From Eledone cirrhosa (taxonomy: Eukaryota): a stretch of DNA of 64,000 nt. A program made the position numbers and the translations under genes. The stretch's first letter is position 1. Each line of letters starts with the position of its first letter. The notes beneath the pieces were generated by a model, which was not told the origin of the DNA, ran no database searches, and saw only the letters and a program-made list of their open reading frames with translations. Below, piece by piece: positions 1 to 11,307 of this stretch. Where the stretch lies: the NCBI GenBank assembly GCA_964016885.1, contig OZ024740.1, positions 420,546,001 through 420,610,000 of the forward strand. The letters are read 5' to 3'.

Positions 1-690
1 GGGTTTAGCCCCAAATGACATTTATGCTGACATGGTTGCTACATTAAGGGATAACCCTCCAGCTTTATCAACAGTGCAGAAGTGGGCATCTGAATTTGAC
101 TCAAGGTCTAGACATCATGCAACAGCCACCACCAAAGAAGACATTGTGTTCACCACATGGGGATGGATGACAGGCAACTGACTATAAATCAAATAGCCAA
201 TACTATTAACATATCCTGCACAATGAACTTGATATGTCAAAGGTTTCTGCTCAGCAGGTGCCACATCTTCAGTTACTTGATCAAATCATAGGAAAATCCA
301 ACATTGGAAACACCCCTCCTCACCTGCTCCAAAGGCGGCCATGGACTCAGTTTTTGGAGATGCAAAAAGTGTTTATTGACCATCTTTCAAAGGGCCACAC
401 CATCAACAAAGAGTAATATGCCATCTTGCTGAGGCAGTTATGGAATGGTATCAAGACTGAATGCCCAGAAAAATTGACAAATGGGGCCATTTCATCAGAA
501 CAATACTCCAACACATAAGACCTTGGCTGCTGTGGCTTTGAACTGGTTGATAACCCTGCTGGGAAACAATATTATAGTGATATATCTGCTGTTGATGACC
601 AACAGGATGAAAGCTTTTTTACTAATGGGATCCAAACACTGCCACAATAGAAGCGTGTAGACAAGGGGGACTTACATTGAATCAAACCTA
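1..690 (+). mobile_element. Degenerate mariner (Tc1/mariner) transposase relic
   Basis: Frameshifted fragments resemble mariner transposase: LSTVQKWASEF, DDRQLTINQIAN, MSKVSAQQVPHL (cf. KVSARWVPRLL), IDHLSKGHTINKE. Many stops and deletions. Confidence 0.75.
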
Positions 691-1117
691 TATTTAACCC
701 TTTCACAACCATATTTCTAATAATCTACCTTCTATTTCAATTAATTAATGTAAGGTTCTTTTATCAAATTATGCTGGAAAATTTTAATTAAAATTGGAAA
801 CCTTTAAAATGGGTGATTATATTTCATAGAACCATGGCAAGTTAGGAATCAAAGGTTCCTTAGTTTCTGCCCTCACCTGAGTGTCCTGCATTTCTGATTA
901 TGTAACTAATAATTTGTGATAAGTGATGCAGACTTCACCTATTCATAACCACCTGTCTATCCTGCTTTCTGATGAGCTACCATTTCAAATATATCACTAC
1001 CATGATTTGGCTAGTAACTAAAATACTATGAAACATTTGGATATTCGTAAAATAGATGAAAAAAAACCAAAAACGACAATATTTCCTCAAATTCAATTTA
1101 TTTTAATAAGAATACAT

Positions 1118-1193
1118 TTACTTCTTCTTAGCCACACCAACAGTTCTACCACGACGTCCAGTAGTTTTAGTGTGCTGACCTCTGACACGCAAA
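1118..1193 (-). CDS. RPS18: 40S ribosomal protein S18 (uS13), exon 5 (last)
   Basis: Encodes (G)[24 protein letters not shown] then TAA at 1118-1120. Acceptor ttttag. AATAAA at 1097-1102 on the minus strand. Confidence 0.97.
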
Positions 1194-2015
1194 CTAAAAA
1201 CAGAAAGAAAAACAATTTATAATACGCATTGTGGTATTTCAACAACAAATACATGTGTGTGCATAAGAATAACAGCATTGAAATAAAGCAAGCATGCCCT
1301 GGTAGATGTGTAATGCTAGTATGTATGAGGAATCAGATATAATGTGCAAGAAATAAGACTATGCTGATACAGACATGTAATATGTATGCGAGCTGTATAA
1401 AGTGCAAAGTAGACAAGGATATTTTCTGTTATACACTTAGATCTACCTCTGTGCTGCAAACAGCAAGACATGACTTACATCCCATTCTCTTCACTGCTTC
1501 ATCTTAACCCCTGCTTTTATTACCACACACAAAAACACATTTACCTTAGAACACAGCAATCTCCATGTGTTGAGACCACTATTCTGCAAAGGTGGCTGGT
1601 GTTAGGAAGTGTACCCAGCCATAGAAACCACCCTAAAAATGGTCAAGAGGACTTCAATCAGGTCATGGACATGAAAACCCCTTTAGTGCCGATGCCAGAA
1701 TAAAGTTCACCCAGTACAAACAAAATGGTTGGCTTTAGGAAAGGTATCCAACCAAACCTGAAATGTAAGATGTGGCTCCTGGGAGGAGTTATTCTGATTT
1801 AGTCTGTGTAAATCTAATCCGTGACAGCATGCAAGAATGAACTCGTATCCATCAATGTCTTTTTTTAAATCTGATTCTCAAATCACTGCAGATCCACAAC
1901 GCACCAGCATAAGAAACAACATCTTACACCCAAGACAAGTACCACTATACGTAACTAATTTACTTAAAACTGCTACACAAATAAAAATGAAAATTGCCAA
2001 CAAACCATTCCTCTT

Positions 2016-2115
2016 ACAAAATCTAAATCATTAATTATACTGACCCCCAGAAATGACGCAGACCACAAAATCTAAATCATTAATTATACTGACCCCCAGA
2101 AATGACGCAGACCAC
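2016..2115. repeat. 49-bp tandem duplication of the RPS18 exon 4 end and its 5' splice site
   Basis: aaaatctaaatcattaattatactgacccccagaaatgacgcagaccac occurs twice (starts 2018 and 2067). Confidence 0.95.
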
Positions 2116-2287
2116 GATGTGCTCTAATCTTTTTTAATCGCTCCAAATCCTCACGCAGTTTGTTATCAAGAGCATTTGCCATAATCTGACTGTATTTGCC
2201 GTCTTTGATATCTTTCTGTCTGTTAAGGAACCAGTCTGGAATTTTGTACTGACGAGGGTTTGACATTACTGTCAAAACTCTATCAAC
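2094..2287 (-). CDS. RPS18: RPS18 exon 4
   Basis: Encodes [64 protein letters not shown](G). tttcag acceptor, gtcagt donor, 194 nt. Confidence 0.97.
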
Positions 2288-2614
2288 CTGAAATGAAAAA
2301 CAAAAAGATATTTATATATGAAACTCAATAGCATCAGTAACATAATCAACAAAACAAGTCAGTTGAAATGTGGTCTAATTACTGAAAGGGCACATCACCC
2401 CTCCCCTCATAAGGTCAGTCAGTTTCAATAATAAACTACACAAAAGAGTACAATATGATTAAAGACCCAAAACTATTTTAAATTACAAGAAATATATTTT
2501 TTTTAAAGAGTACTTCTTCATGGTGTATTATTTCTCATATAATATTGTTATAATAAGAATTTTATTAAAAAAATAGATTTGTATTAAGACTAGGCACCAC
2601 CCAGATATTTTTCC

Positions 2615-2714
2615 AACCATGCCTGCCTAGGTGAGATCCATATTGCACATCCTGACAGGTTACTCTTGCTGGTTGTTCAGTTCAAGACACCCAAATAAAA
2701 CCTGTATACCAGCA
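2615..2714 (-). ncRNA. Weak second H/ACA-like candidate in RPS18 intron 3
   Basis: Hairpin TGCTGGT...ACCAGCA, then AGAGTA (H box), then hairpin CCTGTC...GGCAGG. The terminal box reads GCA rather than ACA. Confidence 0.3.
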
Positions 2715-3038
2715 TAAAATGTAACCTGACCCATCCATCTACAGAATCCTCCCCTCAGTGTACTGAAGGCTCTTCAGTCATGTCAATGACTGGTGCCATA
2801 AAATGCACTCACTACACTCAGTAAAGTAGTTGGTGTTAGAAAAACCTTCCAAAAATGACTTGTTTTGTCAGGGGCAAAACAGCCGAACTAGTGTTGGTGA
2901 TCTACACAATAAAAGACCCAGTACCCACTCTGGGGTTGGTGATAGGAAGGACAAGTTGCAGGAGACCTACCAAAGAGTCAGCAAGACACTTCAGCTGTGC
3001 TAAAGACAACCTATTGGTGCACTCCCTAGTGTTGAAAT

Positions 3039-3190
3039 GTATGTAAGCAGGAAGCATGGGCCCTGCTTGTCTGAGAAGTCAGGGGCACCTGCTCAACTCT
3101 TGTTAACAGTGCAATAAGTCAAAAACTACAAAACAAGCCTTTTTCTTACAGCTTGTCTGATAGTGTATTGCTCTTATTCCACTGATAAGC
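3039..3190 (-). ncRNA. Candidate intronic H/ACA box snoRNA in RPS18 intron 3
   Basis: Minus strand: long hairpin, H box ACAAGA (3098-3103), then hairpin AGCAGG-TGC-CCCTG...CAGGG-C-CCATGCTT-CCTGCT, then ACA-NNN. The pocket is complementary to 18S rRNA AAGUAUGG(UU)GCA, 15 nt from the ACA box. Confidence 0.65.
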
Positions 3191-3296
3191 AGCGTAAGTG
3201 TTTGTGTTGTTATCTATATAGAAAACAAGACATGACAGTTGATTTGGTCTTGATTCGTTAGCCAGAAATATTAAATTATCTCAAAACAGTTCTTAC

Positions 3297-3383
3297 CTCC
3301 TCTTCTGTCATTTCACCAGCACGTTTATTTAAATCAATGTTTGCTTTTTTACAAACTACATTAGCAAATCGTCGTCCAATTCC
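3297..3383 (-). CDS. RPS18: RPS18 exon 3
   Basis: Encodes [29 protein letters not shown]. tag acceptor, gtaag donor, 87 nt. Confidence 0.97.
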
Positions 3384-3532
3384 CTATAAAAAAAAAGAAA
3401 ATGTACATTATTTCATTTTAAAATCAAAATGCAACACAAGAAAAATGGTAATATTTTTATTAATACTAACGTGGAAGATGGGCGTTAAACGATCTGTTCA
3501 CTAAAGACAATATAAACATTTGAATTAATAAA

Positions 3533-3866
3533 TCATCATCATTTTACGTCCGCCTTTTCCCTGGTAGCAAGGGTGGGACGGGAACTGATTCTGGCTTGAT
3601 TTCTACAGCTGGATGCCCTTCCTAACACCAACCTATTTTTACAGTGAGTGCTGGGTACTTTTTTGCCGTGGCACCTCCACGACCACTTTGCAGTGGAATT
3701 ATAGGGACCCCAGTCCCTATCATCTCATTTCTACAGTTGAGTAAACTGGAGCAATGTGAAATAAAGTGTCTTGTTCAAGGAAACAACACATCACCCGGTC
3801 TGAGAATTGAACTCACAACCTTTCGATTGCAAGGCCAATGCTCTAACCACTAAGCTATGTGCCTCC
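3533..3866 (-). mobile_element. tRNA-derived SINE (family A) with RTE-type 3' tail
   Basis: A/B-box-like head, ccttgaRcaagacacttta core and (GAT)n tail. Near-identical copies at 41585 and 62635. Confidence 0.8.
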
Positions 3867-4134
3867 ATGTTTTTAGATATTTTCTGCTAAATCATTACAG
3901 GATGTTAAATGATATATATACAACTAAATATTTCATGTAAAGAGACATTTTAGATCTACGTCCATTTTTCCATGCTAGCATGGGTTGGACGAGTTGTCCT
4001 GTTGAAAGACAAGTCAGATCAGACGACACAACCTTCACAATGGTATCGTTACATGTATATTCAAGAGTGGCAGCAACATGGTGTGAAATGGTTTAGTCTA
4101 GAATGAAGTCTTATAAAACAGTACTTTAACTTAC

Positions 4135-4233
4135 CTTAATGGCAGTAATAGCAAACATCGACTTCCTACGACCGTCGATATTTGTATTCATAATACGCAA
4201 AATATGCTGAAACTTCTCTGGGATTACGAGAGA
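4135..4233 (-). CDS. RPS18: RPS18 exon 2
   Basis: Encodes [33 protein letters not shown]. ttttcag acceptor, gtaagt donor, 99 nt. Confidence 0.97.
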
Positions 4234-5438
4234 CTGAAAATGAAGCACACGTGTAAGACACATTATTAAAATTACAAACTTCTATTATTTTTTTTAGAGT
4301 AAAAAAACTGTATAAAGCTGGCCTTTCCCCCCATGTAATGTCCAAGCTATCTTTACTAATGACTTAATAAAAGTTACCATCCATTTGTTTACCTAAGTTT
4401 TCATAGGAAAGTGTTACATATTGTTTTCATATGATATATAAAAATAAAATCCCAGATCCAGCAGTAATGAAAGGTCAATGAAGATCCTGTCTTCCTCACA
4501 TGTATTTAGAACATATTCCAATGTTGTTTTAAAATGATCGAGGTGGAATTTGGTTGGTGTTTCTAGCAAGTCGAGCAACGTCTTTTGTACGTGTGATCCA
4601 TCTACCATTGTACGTTTATGTATGTAATTAAATAAGGTATAGTATTCTTTAATACAGTATAGCAGTGACATATTGTGTATATACAGGTGACTGCCAACTC
4701 TGGACAAAAGCATGAGGTGTTGTGGCCTAACATGTTTGGTTTGTAGTTAACTAAAGTTCTTCCTAAGTTTGTACACAAAACTGATCACACGATAGATGGT
4801 AAGTCAGAGTATATTTGTAACCAATGTGAAGCTTGTTAAAGACTTTCCATAAGGGGGAAATCAAAACCTATAACAAACTATATTTTAATGGGTTAACGGA
4901 CTACAGATCCAATTAATTATAATTAGAAGACATGAAAATAAAATATTTCTTCTTTAAAAACAGACGTATGTTATGTGGTTATTAAACTTAGCTTCTACAG
5001 CTTTTATATCTACATTATTTTCACCTGTAGGGTTTTGAAATAACTTGAAGGCCATATATAAATTTATCATGTGAAAAATGTATACTCAACACACTTTAGT
5101 TATAATCTTTAGCTGTAGGAAAACAGTTAAATAAAACTTAAAGATTATAAATTCGATAAAAGGAAAAATACAATACAGTGAAATGCATCGATATGATAAA
5201 AAAAATAAATTCGTGTGACAATAAATTTATCGTACACATGATGACGAGGAGGCACTTTAAAGCGGTAATATTTTAAGCATTATTTTGTAGCTAATAGACA
5301 ATTCATAGTTACCATAATATTAAATTTTGCAGAAGAAGAATATCAAAAAATATATAGGATATTTTTCTTAAAGATGAATTATATAGATGAATAAGATTAT
5401 GAGAGATAAAAGAGAGAGAAATTTCAGGGAGATCTTAC

Positions 5439-5441
5439 CAT
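5439..5441 (-). CDS. RPS18: RPS18 exon 1 coding part (ATG only)
   Basis: Minus strand reads CTTCCTTTTCCTGTATATCTGCAACC ATG|gtaag. An ATG-only first exon is typical of RP genes. Spliced CDS is 459 nt (152 aa plus stop). Confidence 0.9.
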
Positions 5442-5501
5442 GGTTGCAGATATACAGGAAAAGGAAGTTGAAGTGATCACGTGATTTCAAAATGGCTGCC
5501 G
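5442..5501. promoter_or_regulatory. Compact bidirectional RPS18/VPS52 promoter: TOP/TCT tract, palindromic E-box, YY1-like motif
   Basis: CTTCCTTTTCC on the minus strand (5457-5467). ATCACGTGAT palindrome (5476-5485). CAAAATGGCTGC overlaps the VPS52 ATG. Confidence 0.75.
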
Positions 5502-5527
5502 CAGCAGAAGACAACAATGTCAAAGAG
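5492..5527 (+). CDS. VPS52: VPS52 (GARP/EARP subunit) exon 1
   Basis: aaaATGG context. Encodes MAAAAEDNNVKE, then a gtggga donor in phase 0 matching exon 2. Human VPS52 also starts MAAAA. Confidence 0.75.
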
Positions 5528-6783
5528 GTGGGACAATTTAGTTTGTCAACATATAATTATCTTTCTCCTTATTACGTTGATCAATATATATTATACATTA
5601 CTTCTGTTTGTCTATTATCAATATCTACAATATATTATTGTTTACAGTATACTATGTAAACATGTCATATGTAATATATGTATATAGCTGCAATACAGTT
5701 TAGTTTATCTCTGGTTGTCTAGATAATTTATATCTGTCACTTTAATGTGGCGATGGGTTTAGATTTAAACAGGTTTTTTAAATTTCATCCATGAAAAATA
5801 ATATAATAAAAAAAAGTGTCTATATTGTTATTGTTTCGGTCAGATAGAAAATTTCACTTAATTGAAATTGTGTTTATATATAAAGTCTTGTTCTAAATTG
5901 ATATTAGGTGATATATTCAGTTAGGTGTTGGAAAATATGATATAATTGCAGCTTTTTTTATATTTTAACGATAAAGAACTCGTTTATGTTGTTTAGTTCC
6001 AGATCAGTCCAGACTGCACATACAAGAGAACAATAAAATAACTGAAATTTAAGCCATGTAGGTCCATATCAACTGATCTACCGCTTGCCTGGTCTAAAGA
6101 TGTTAGAGAGTAGTCTATATCATCTGGCTCACCCCTTATTTAGCCTAAACAATTGCGAAAGTTGGCGCATCTTTCCCAGAAGAACTGTCACTGACTAGTT
6201 GTATCAACACATGTTATATCTTCTTAATCTGTGATTTAATCTACATTTATACATACCTGATGGGCTGGCCATGTCTCTTATTTCAGAGACAACAGGTGGA
6301 CTATTGGAGTGACAAAGTGGACACCAAGATAATAGAGAAGAACCAGAGAGTGACCAAAGGCCAGATACCTCGGCCCCATATGGCCCTGTGTGGTCAGAGA
6401 TAGGAAGCAATGAAGGTCAACTAGGGAGGGATTCCTCCAACAGGATTGAGAAGGCTTTGGATTTTAGATTTTGGAATTCATTGTAAATTTTCTAAAGTAC
6501 TGGGATATAACTTGAAATCTGAAGCCGGTTGATGATTTTAATGGATGAAACATTAAAGAAAAATTGTAAGATTAAGGAGGAAGTATTTTTAGATGAGACT
6601 TGAGAATGTTGAACATCATAAGTAAAATGACAGATGACTGGGATGTATTAAAAAATGTAGCATAGATGATAAAAACTGATATTAAATCGATAATGATCAT
6701 AAAAATATAGTGATGTACTAAGTATAAGATAAATCTGTCTGTAATAAGACATTTGCTAAAATAACTACGTTTATATTTAATAG

Positions 6784-6865
6784 GCTCTTGGAAATTTTGA
6801 TGTGGTCCCTGATCTTGGAGTTTTAGACCTTACTTCAGAAGATTTTCTCTTGGATGAAGTTGATT
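6784..6865 (+). CDS. VPS52: VPS52 exon 2
   Basis: Encodes ALGNFDVVPDLGVLDLTSEDFLLDEVD (cf. human LGELDITSDEFILDEVD). ag/gtaag boundaries. Confidence 0.9.
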
Positions 6866-7599
6866 GTAAGTCTTGTTTGTTTGGTATTTACTTTCAAAGG
6901 TATATATTCTTCACTTCTCACAGCAATTACTACTTAGGTGAGTCATCTCATTAGCAGGTGAGTTGTGTGTACTGAAAACATAGTAACCAGTTAGAATGAG
7001 GTAGGAAAGGTTCCAGAAGCTGTTATCTATACTGGCAATGAAGGATATTTCACTGTGAGTAAAAGGTACATTGTATGATGTTTGTGTACTAACTGTGATC
7101 CTGTATAGTAATGAGATATGGGCCTTGAATACAGAGGACATATGAAGGCGGGAAAAAAACAACAAAATGGTTTATTTTTATTCTAGCCAATTAACTACAG
7201 AATAGAAGTGGTATTTATTTTCAGTTAAGTTAACTACCCTGGCCTGTCCAAGAGATCAGTAGCCCCACTTCAGTACTGACTTGGTTTATGTAGACCTGTC
7301 TAATCATTGTTAGCAGGGAAAGGGGACATTAAAACAATTATGAAGATGATAAAATTAGACTGTCTTAGGGTCTTGTTATCAGAAACTTTCAGCAAAATAT
7401 TGACCTCAATGTTTTCTTTTTCTTTTTTTTATTTTGTCATTTATTTCGTAGCTTATGTATGAGTATATACAATAATTGACTGTAGCTTAGTAAATATTTA
7501 TTATGGTATTCATTAGTAATTGGTACTTGGAAACACAGTAACATTATCATATGATTAAAATATTTTAACATCTGGCATGGGTTGGATACATTTGTTTAG

Positions 7600-7635
<36 letters not shown>

Positions 7636-8545
7636 CCCTGGAGACAGACACTGGTCTCTGGGAGACACAGGACATGGTGGCAATGATGAAGGACAGAGAC
7701 CACTGGAGAGAACTTGTCCATGGATCTCAGGAATTTTACCCACGCTAGATAGATATATATATATATATATAGCCATCAACATACTACCTAGTAGGTACTT
7801 TATATATATTAACATGAATATCAAGCCTGTCACTAGGTGTTGGTGCTCAGGAGTGTTTCAGAACATTCTCAGTGGACACTAATTCATAATAATTTTAAGA
7901 CACGACCGTGACTTCTGGCGTCACGCAGTAATACAGGGTACCCGACCTCCCATGGGTACATGCTGAAGCATATAAACAATATGCCCCCCCCCCCCCCCCC
8001 CACCGCAAGGTGGTCGTGGAGGTGCCACGGCAAAAAAGCACCCAGCCCACACTGTAAAGTGGACGTGTAGGCGCCACGAAAAAGCACCCAGCACTCACTG
8101 TAAATGAGGTTGGTGTTAGGAAGGGCATCCAGCTGTAGAAATCAAGCCAGATCAGTTCCTGTATGAGCAAGGCATGGTCAGCCGACCAGACACTGCCCAC
8201 AACAGGACAACCCGTCTAACCCATGCTGGACGTAAAACGGTGATGATGATGATGATGACAGAGTTTTGGAATAAGCACTGTAATTTTTGACTAAATCTGA
8301 GGTTGCACCATTGAAAAATAAAGGAGCAATACCATCCAGTGCCGCCCTTCCCCATTGGTGGCAGGGATCTGATGAATATATAAATACCTCTTCAACACAA
8401 TATAATTATAACAAGACTGTATTTTACATATAATAACTGAGTTTAGTCAATATCTCTGTTAGTATTTATTAGTAATTGATACTTGGAAATACAGTAAAGT
8501 GGAACTTTGGTATTCATTAATAATTGAGACTTAGAAATGTCTATA

Positions 8546-8849
8546 CAGTGAAACCTCAGTTCACGAACGCCTCAGATCACAAACTAACCGGTTCATGAAC
8601 AATTTTTCCGAACATAAATGTCACAGTTGATGAACAGTATTTTAAGTAACGAACACGCAAGCTGGCAACAACAGTTGGCAACAAACTAGGTGTATTGGTG
8701 AGAAAGCATCACTTGCTGTGTAGTTATTTACTATGGTGATATCTATCTTTCACACACAGTCACTCTCTCAACAATTCGTATGAGAAAAATAGTTTCAATT
8801 TATAAACATTACAAGTGATGAATGAAGTCCATGTACTGAGATTCGACTG
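8546..8849. mobile_element. Non-autonomous Tigger/pogo-like DNA element (MITE)
   Basis: TA-flanked imperfect TIRs cagtgaaacctcagt / actgagattcgactg. A related copy lies at 40879-41210. Confidence 0.65.
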
Positions 8850-8946
8850 TATTAGTATTTAAAACACTTATTTCTCTTTACTTATTGTAGAATTTCAGTT
8901 TGTTTCTTATTTTTGTGAATATTTATTATTGTTTGTTACTTTGTAG

Positions 8947-8999
8947 TTCATATACAACAAAATTTGGAAGATGATATTGTAAAAGAAGCATTAAAAACC
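8947..8999 (+). CDS. VPS52: VPS52 exon 3
   Basis: Encodes (F)HIQQNLEDDIVKEALKT. ttgtag/gtgagt boundaries. Confidence 0.93.
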
Positions 9000-9251
9000 G
9001 TGAGTAAATGGTTTCTGAAATTAATTTTTGAACCCTCTTTTATTTTTCACACTTTAAAAAATCAAACAAATTAATTAATTAATAATGGTTCCTGATTTAG
9101 GCACAAGGCCAACCAGTGCGTTACTGGTACTTTATTTTTTCAATCCTGTGATTTGAACTCAGAACATAAAGGGGCGTAACTCTATACCACAAAGCATGTT
9201 GTCCAATGCTCTACCAAGACTGCCAATCCACTCATTCATTTCATTTTCATT

Positions 9252-9521
9252 TTATTTTACGTCCACTTTTCCCTGCTTGCAAGGGTGGGACGGGAACTGA
9301 TTCTGGCTTGATTTCTACAGCTGGATGCCATTCCTAACACCAACCTCATTTACAGTGAGTGCTGGGTGCTTTTTTGCCGTGGCACCTCCACGACCACTTT
9401 GCAGTGGAATGATAGGGACCCAAGTCCCTATCATCTCATTTCTACAGCTGAGTAAACTGGAGCAATGTGAAATAAAGTGTCTTGCTCAAGGAAACAACAC
9501 ATCACCCGGTCTGAGAATTGA
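9252..9521 (-). mobile_element. Headless copy of SINE family A
   Basis: Near-identical to 3540-3810. Confidence 0.75.
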
Positions 9522-10096
9522 CTGGGCTTTAATTAATTCGTAATTCTTATGGGATGAGAAGAAAACTTTAGTTCAGTGTCTAATCTTTTAATTCGATCAC
9601 AGCATCTATGGGAGGCAGTAAATTGGCAGTCATTAGATCATTGGATAGAATGCTGTGTAGTATTCGTTTGGGCTCTCTGAGTTCAAATCATGCCGAGGTC
9701 AATTTTGCCTTTCATCCATTCAAGATTGATAAAAAAAGTACCAGTCAAGTACTGGGGTAGATTCTTCCTTTATATCTCTTTTGCACTTCCATTTTCTCAC
9801 TCTCTCTATCCTCCTCTGGAAGAAATCTGCTGTATTCAGGCCTGGAGAGGGGCGGGCTCGTGCAGATTTAAGAAACACCATATGTCAGTACAGTGCCCCT
9901 ACAACAGGAGTTACGAGACTAAAGAAAAAGATAGCCGGTATGGGAGATAACTTTGAACATTTTCGGGGTTTTATTAGATCTCCACAGTGAAGCATATTTG
10001 TCTTCATACTTGCCAGAATAATCATAAAAGAATCACTATATTAATATACAATGTATACAAGTAGAAATGAAAAGTTTTAATGATTGAGGAAAATTA

Positions 10097-10285
10097 CCTT
10101 ATTTCAGCTGCTTGTATTCGTGATCGTATTCTTTCGGTCATTACCCAAGATTCAGACCATAGGTGAGGGTTGATACAAATACAGAATTGAAGATAGCGAG
10201 TTTGGCTTTACCACCCTACCTCCCTTCTGATGACCGAATGCTGAAGCTGGGGCTACCCCAACTCCAGCAGTTCCCAGCCATATTA
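10097..10285 (-). mobile_element. RTE/BovB-like LINE fragment
   Basis: Similar to 61420-61600 (TLTYGLESWVMTERIR-like coding remnant). Confidence 0.55.
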
Positions 10286-10331
10286 ACATATATTGATGTA
10301 ATTTATATATATATATTTTTTATTCTTGAAG

Positions 10332-10407
10332 GGTGTTGATCTCAGACAATATTCCAAGCAAATAGAAAAAGAATTATTAGAGGTTGAAAATGCTTCAATA
10401 CAAGGAT
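10332..10407 (+). CDS. VPS52: VPS52 exon 4
   Basis: Encodes GVDLRQYSKQIEKELLEVENASIQG. Followed by the U12-type donor GTATCCTTT. Confidence 0.93.
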
Positions 10408-11239
10408 GTATCCTTTTCATGATATTCTGAGCCCCCTTAATGTTTATCATTCTAATTGTTTTAGTAATGTTTAAGTTTCATAATAATTGTTTCTACTTTA
10501 GGCACAAGGCCAGCAATTACCCAGTGTATTACTGGTACTTTATTTTATCGATCCCGTAAGGATGAAAGGCAAAGTCAACCTCGGCGGAATTTGAACTCAG
10601 ATCGTAAAGGGACGTAACTATGCTGGAAAGTTTAAGTTTCATAATAAGATATTTGCTTGGTGTACCTTATTAGACCCATTCCTCTATAATGCACAGCTTT
10701 AATTTAGGGCAATGAAATTCCAGAAAACGTATCTGTGTTGCACTGTTCTAACTACGCTGTGACATATATTCATATACACATACATATATACTCATATACA
10801 CATACATATAGCATCCAGCATGCCAAATAATCTAATATGCATTCAAAAGTCTAGAGAATAATTAATAATTACACATTCAGTGAACTCAAACCTTTTTCAC
10901 TGGAAATATATTGTACATCATATATTTTTACACATACAAACTACTAAAGGTTAGAGGAAACATTGTTGTATTTAACACTAACTTTTCTTTAATATCATAT
11001 TATAATCTAAGGAAAAAGAATGTTTAGTAAGATTTGTAATAATTTCTGTGGAAAATACATTGGAAAAGCAGCAAGGTTTTGATATGAAATTGTGTGTTGC
11101 CAACATGACCATCCCCAAATGGAAAAGTTTATATCGTAAATGTATTGAAATCCAAATCTGGGTGTAGAATTAAGATTTTATTTGAAGAAAAATATTTCAT
11201 GTTATTCTGTAATGTTTTTCCTTGATTGTGTATATAAAG
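10408..11239 (+). other. U12-type (minor spliceosome) GT-AG intron of VPS52
   Basis: 5'ss GTATCCTTT. Branch site TTTCCTTGAT 14 nt before the AG, with no polypyrimidine tract. Confidence 0.88.
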
Positions 11240-11307
11240 ATATCAAAGAGAGCCAAAATATTGCCAGTCTTCACAAACAGATAGCAGCATGTGATACCAT
11301 CCTAGAG
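11240..11307 (+). CDS. VPS52: VPS52 exon 5
   Basis: Encodes (Y)IKESQNIASLHKQIAACDTILE. gtaagt donor. Confidence 0.93.

Noticed and set aside
4490-5040. Telomerase RNA (pseudoknot-like pairing plus hairpin-ACA in RPS18 intron 1)
   Set aside because: There is no convincing template of 8 nt or more complementary to TTAGGG, and the helix geometry does not fit.
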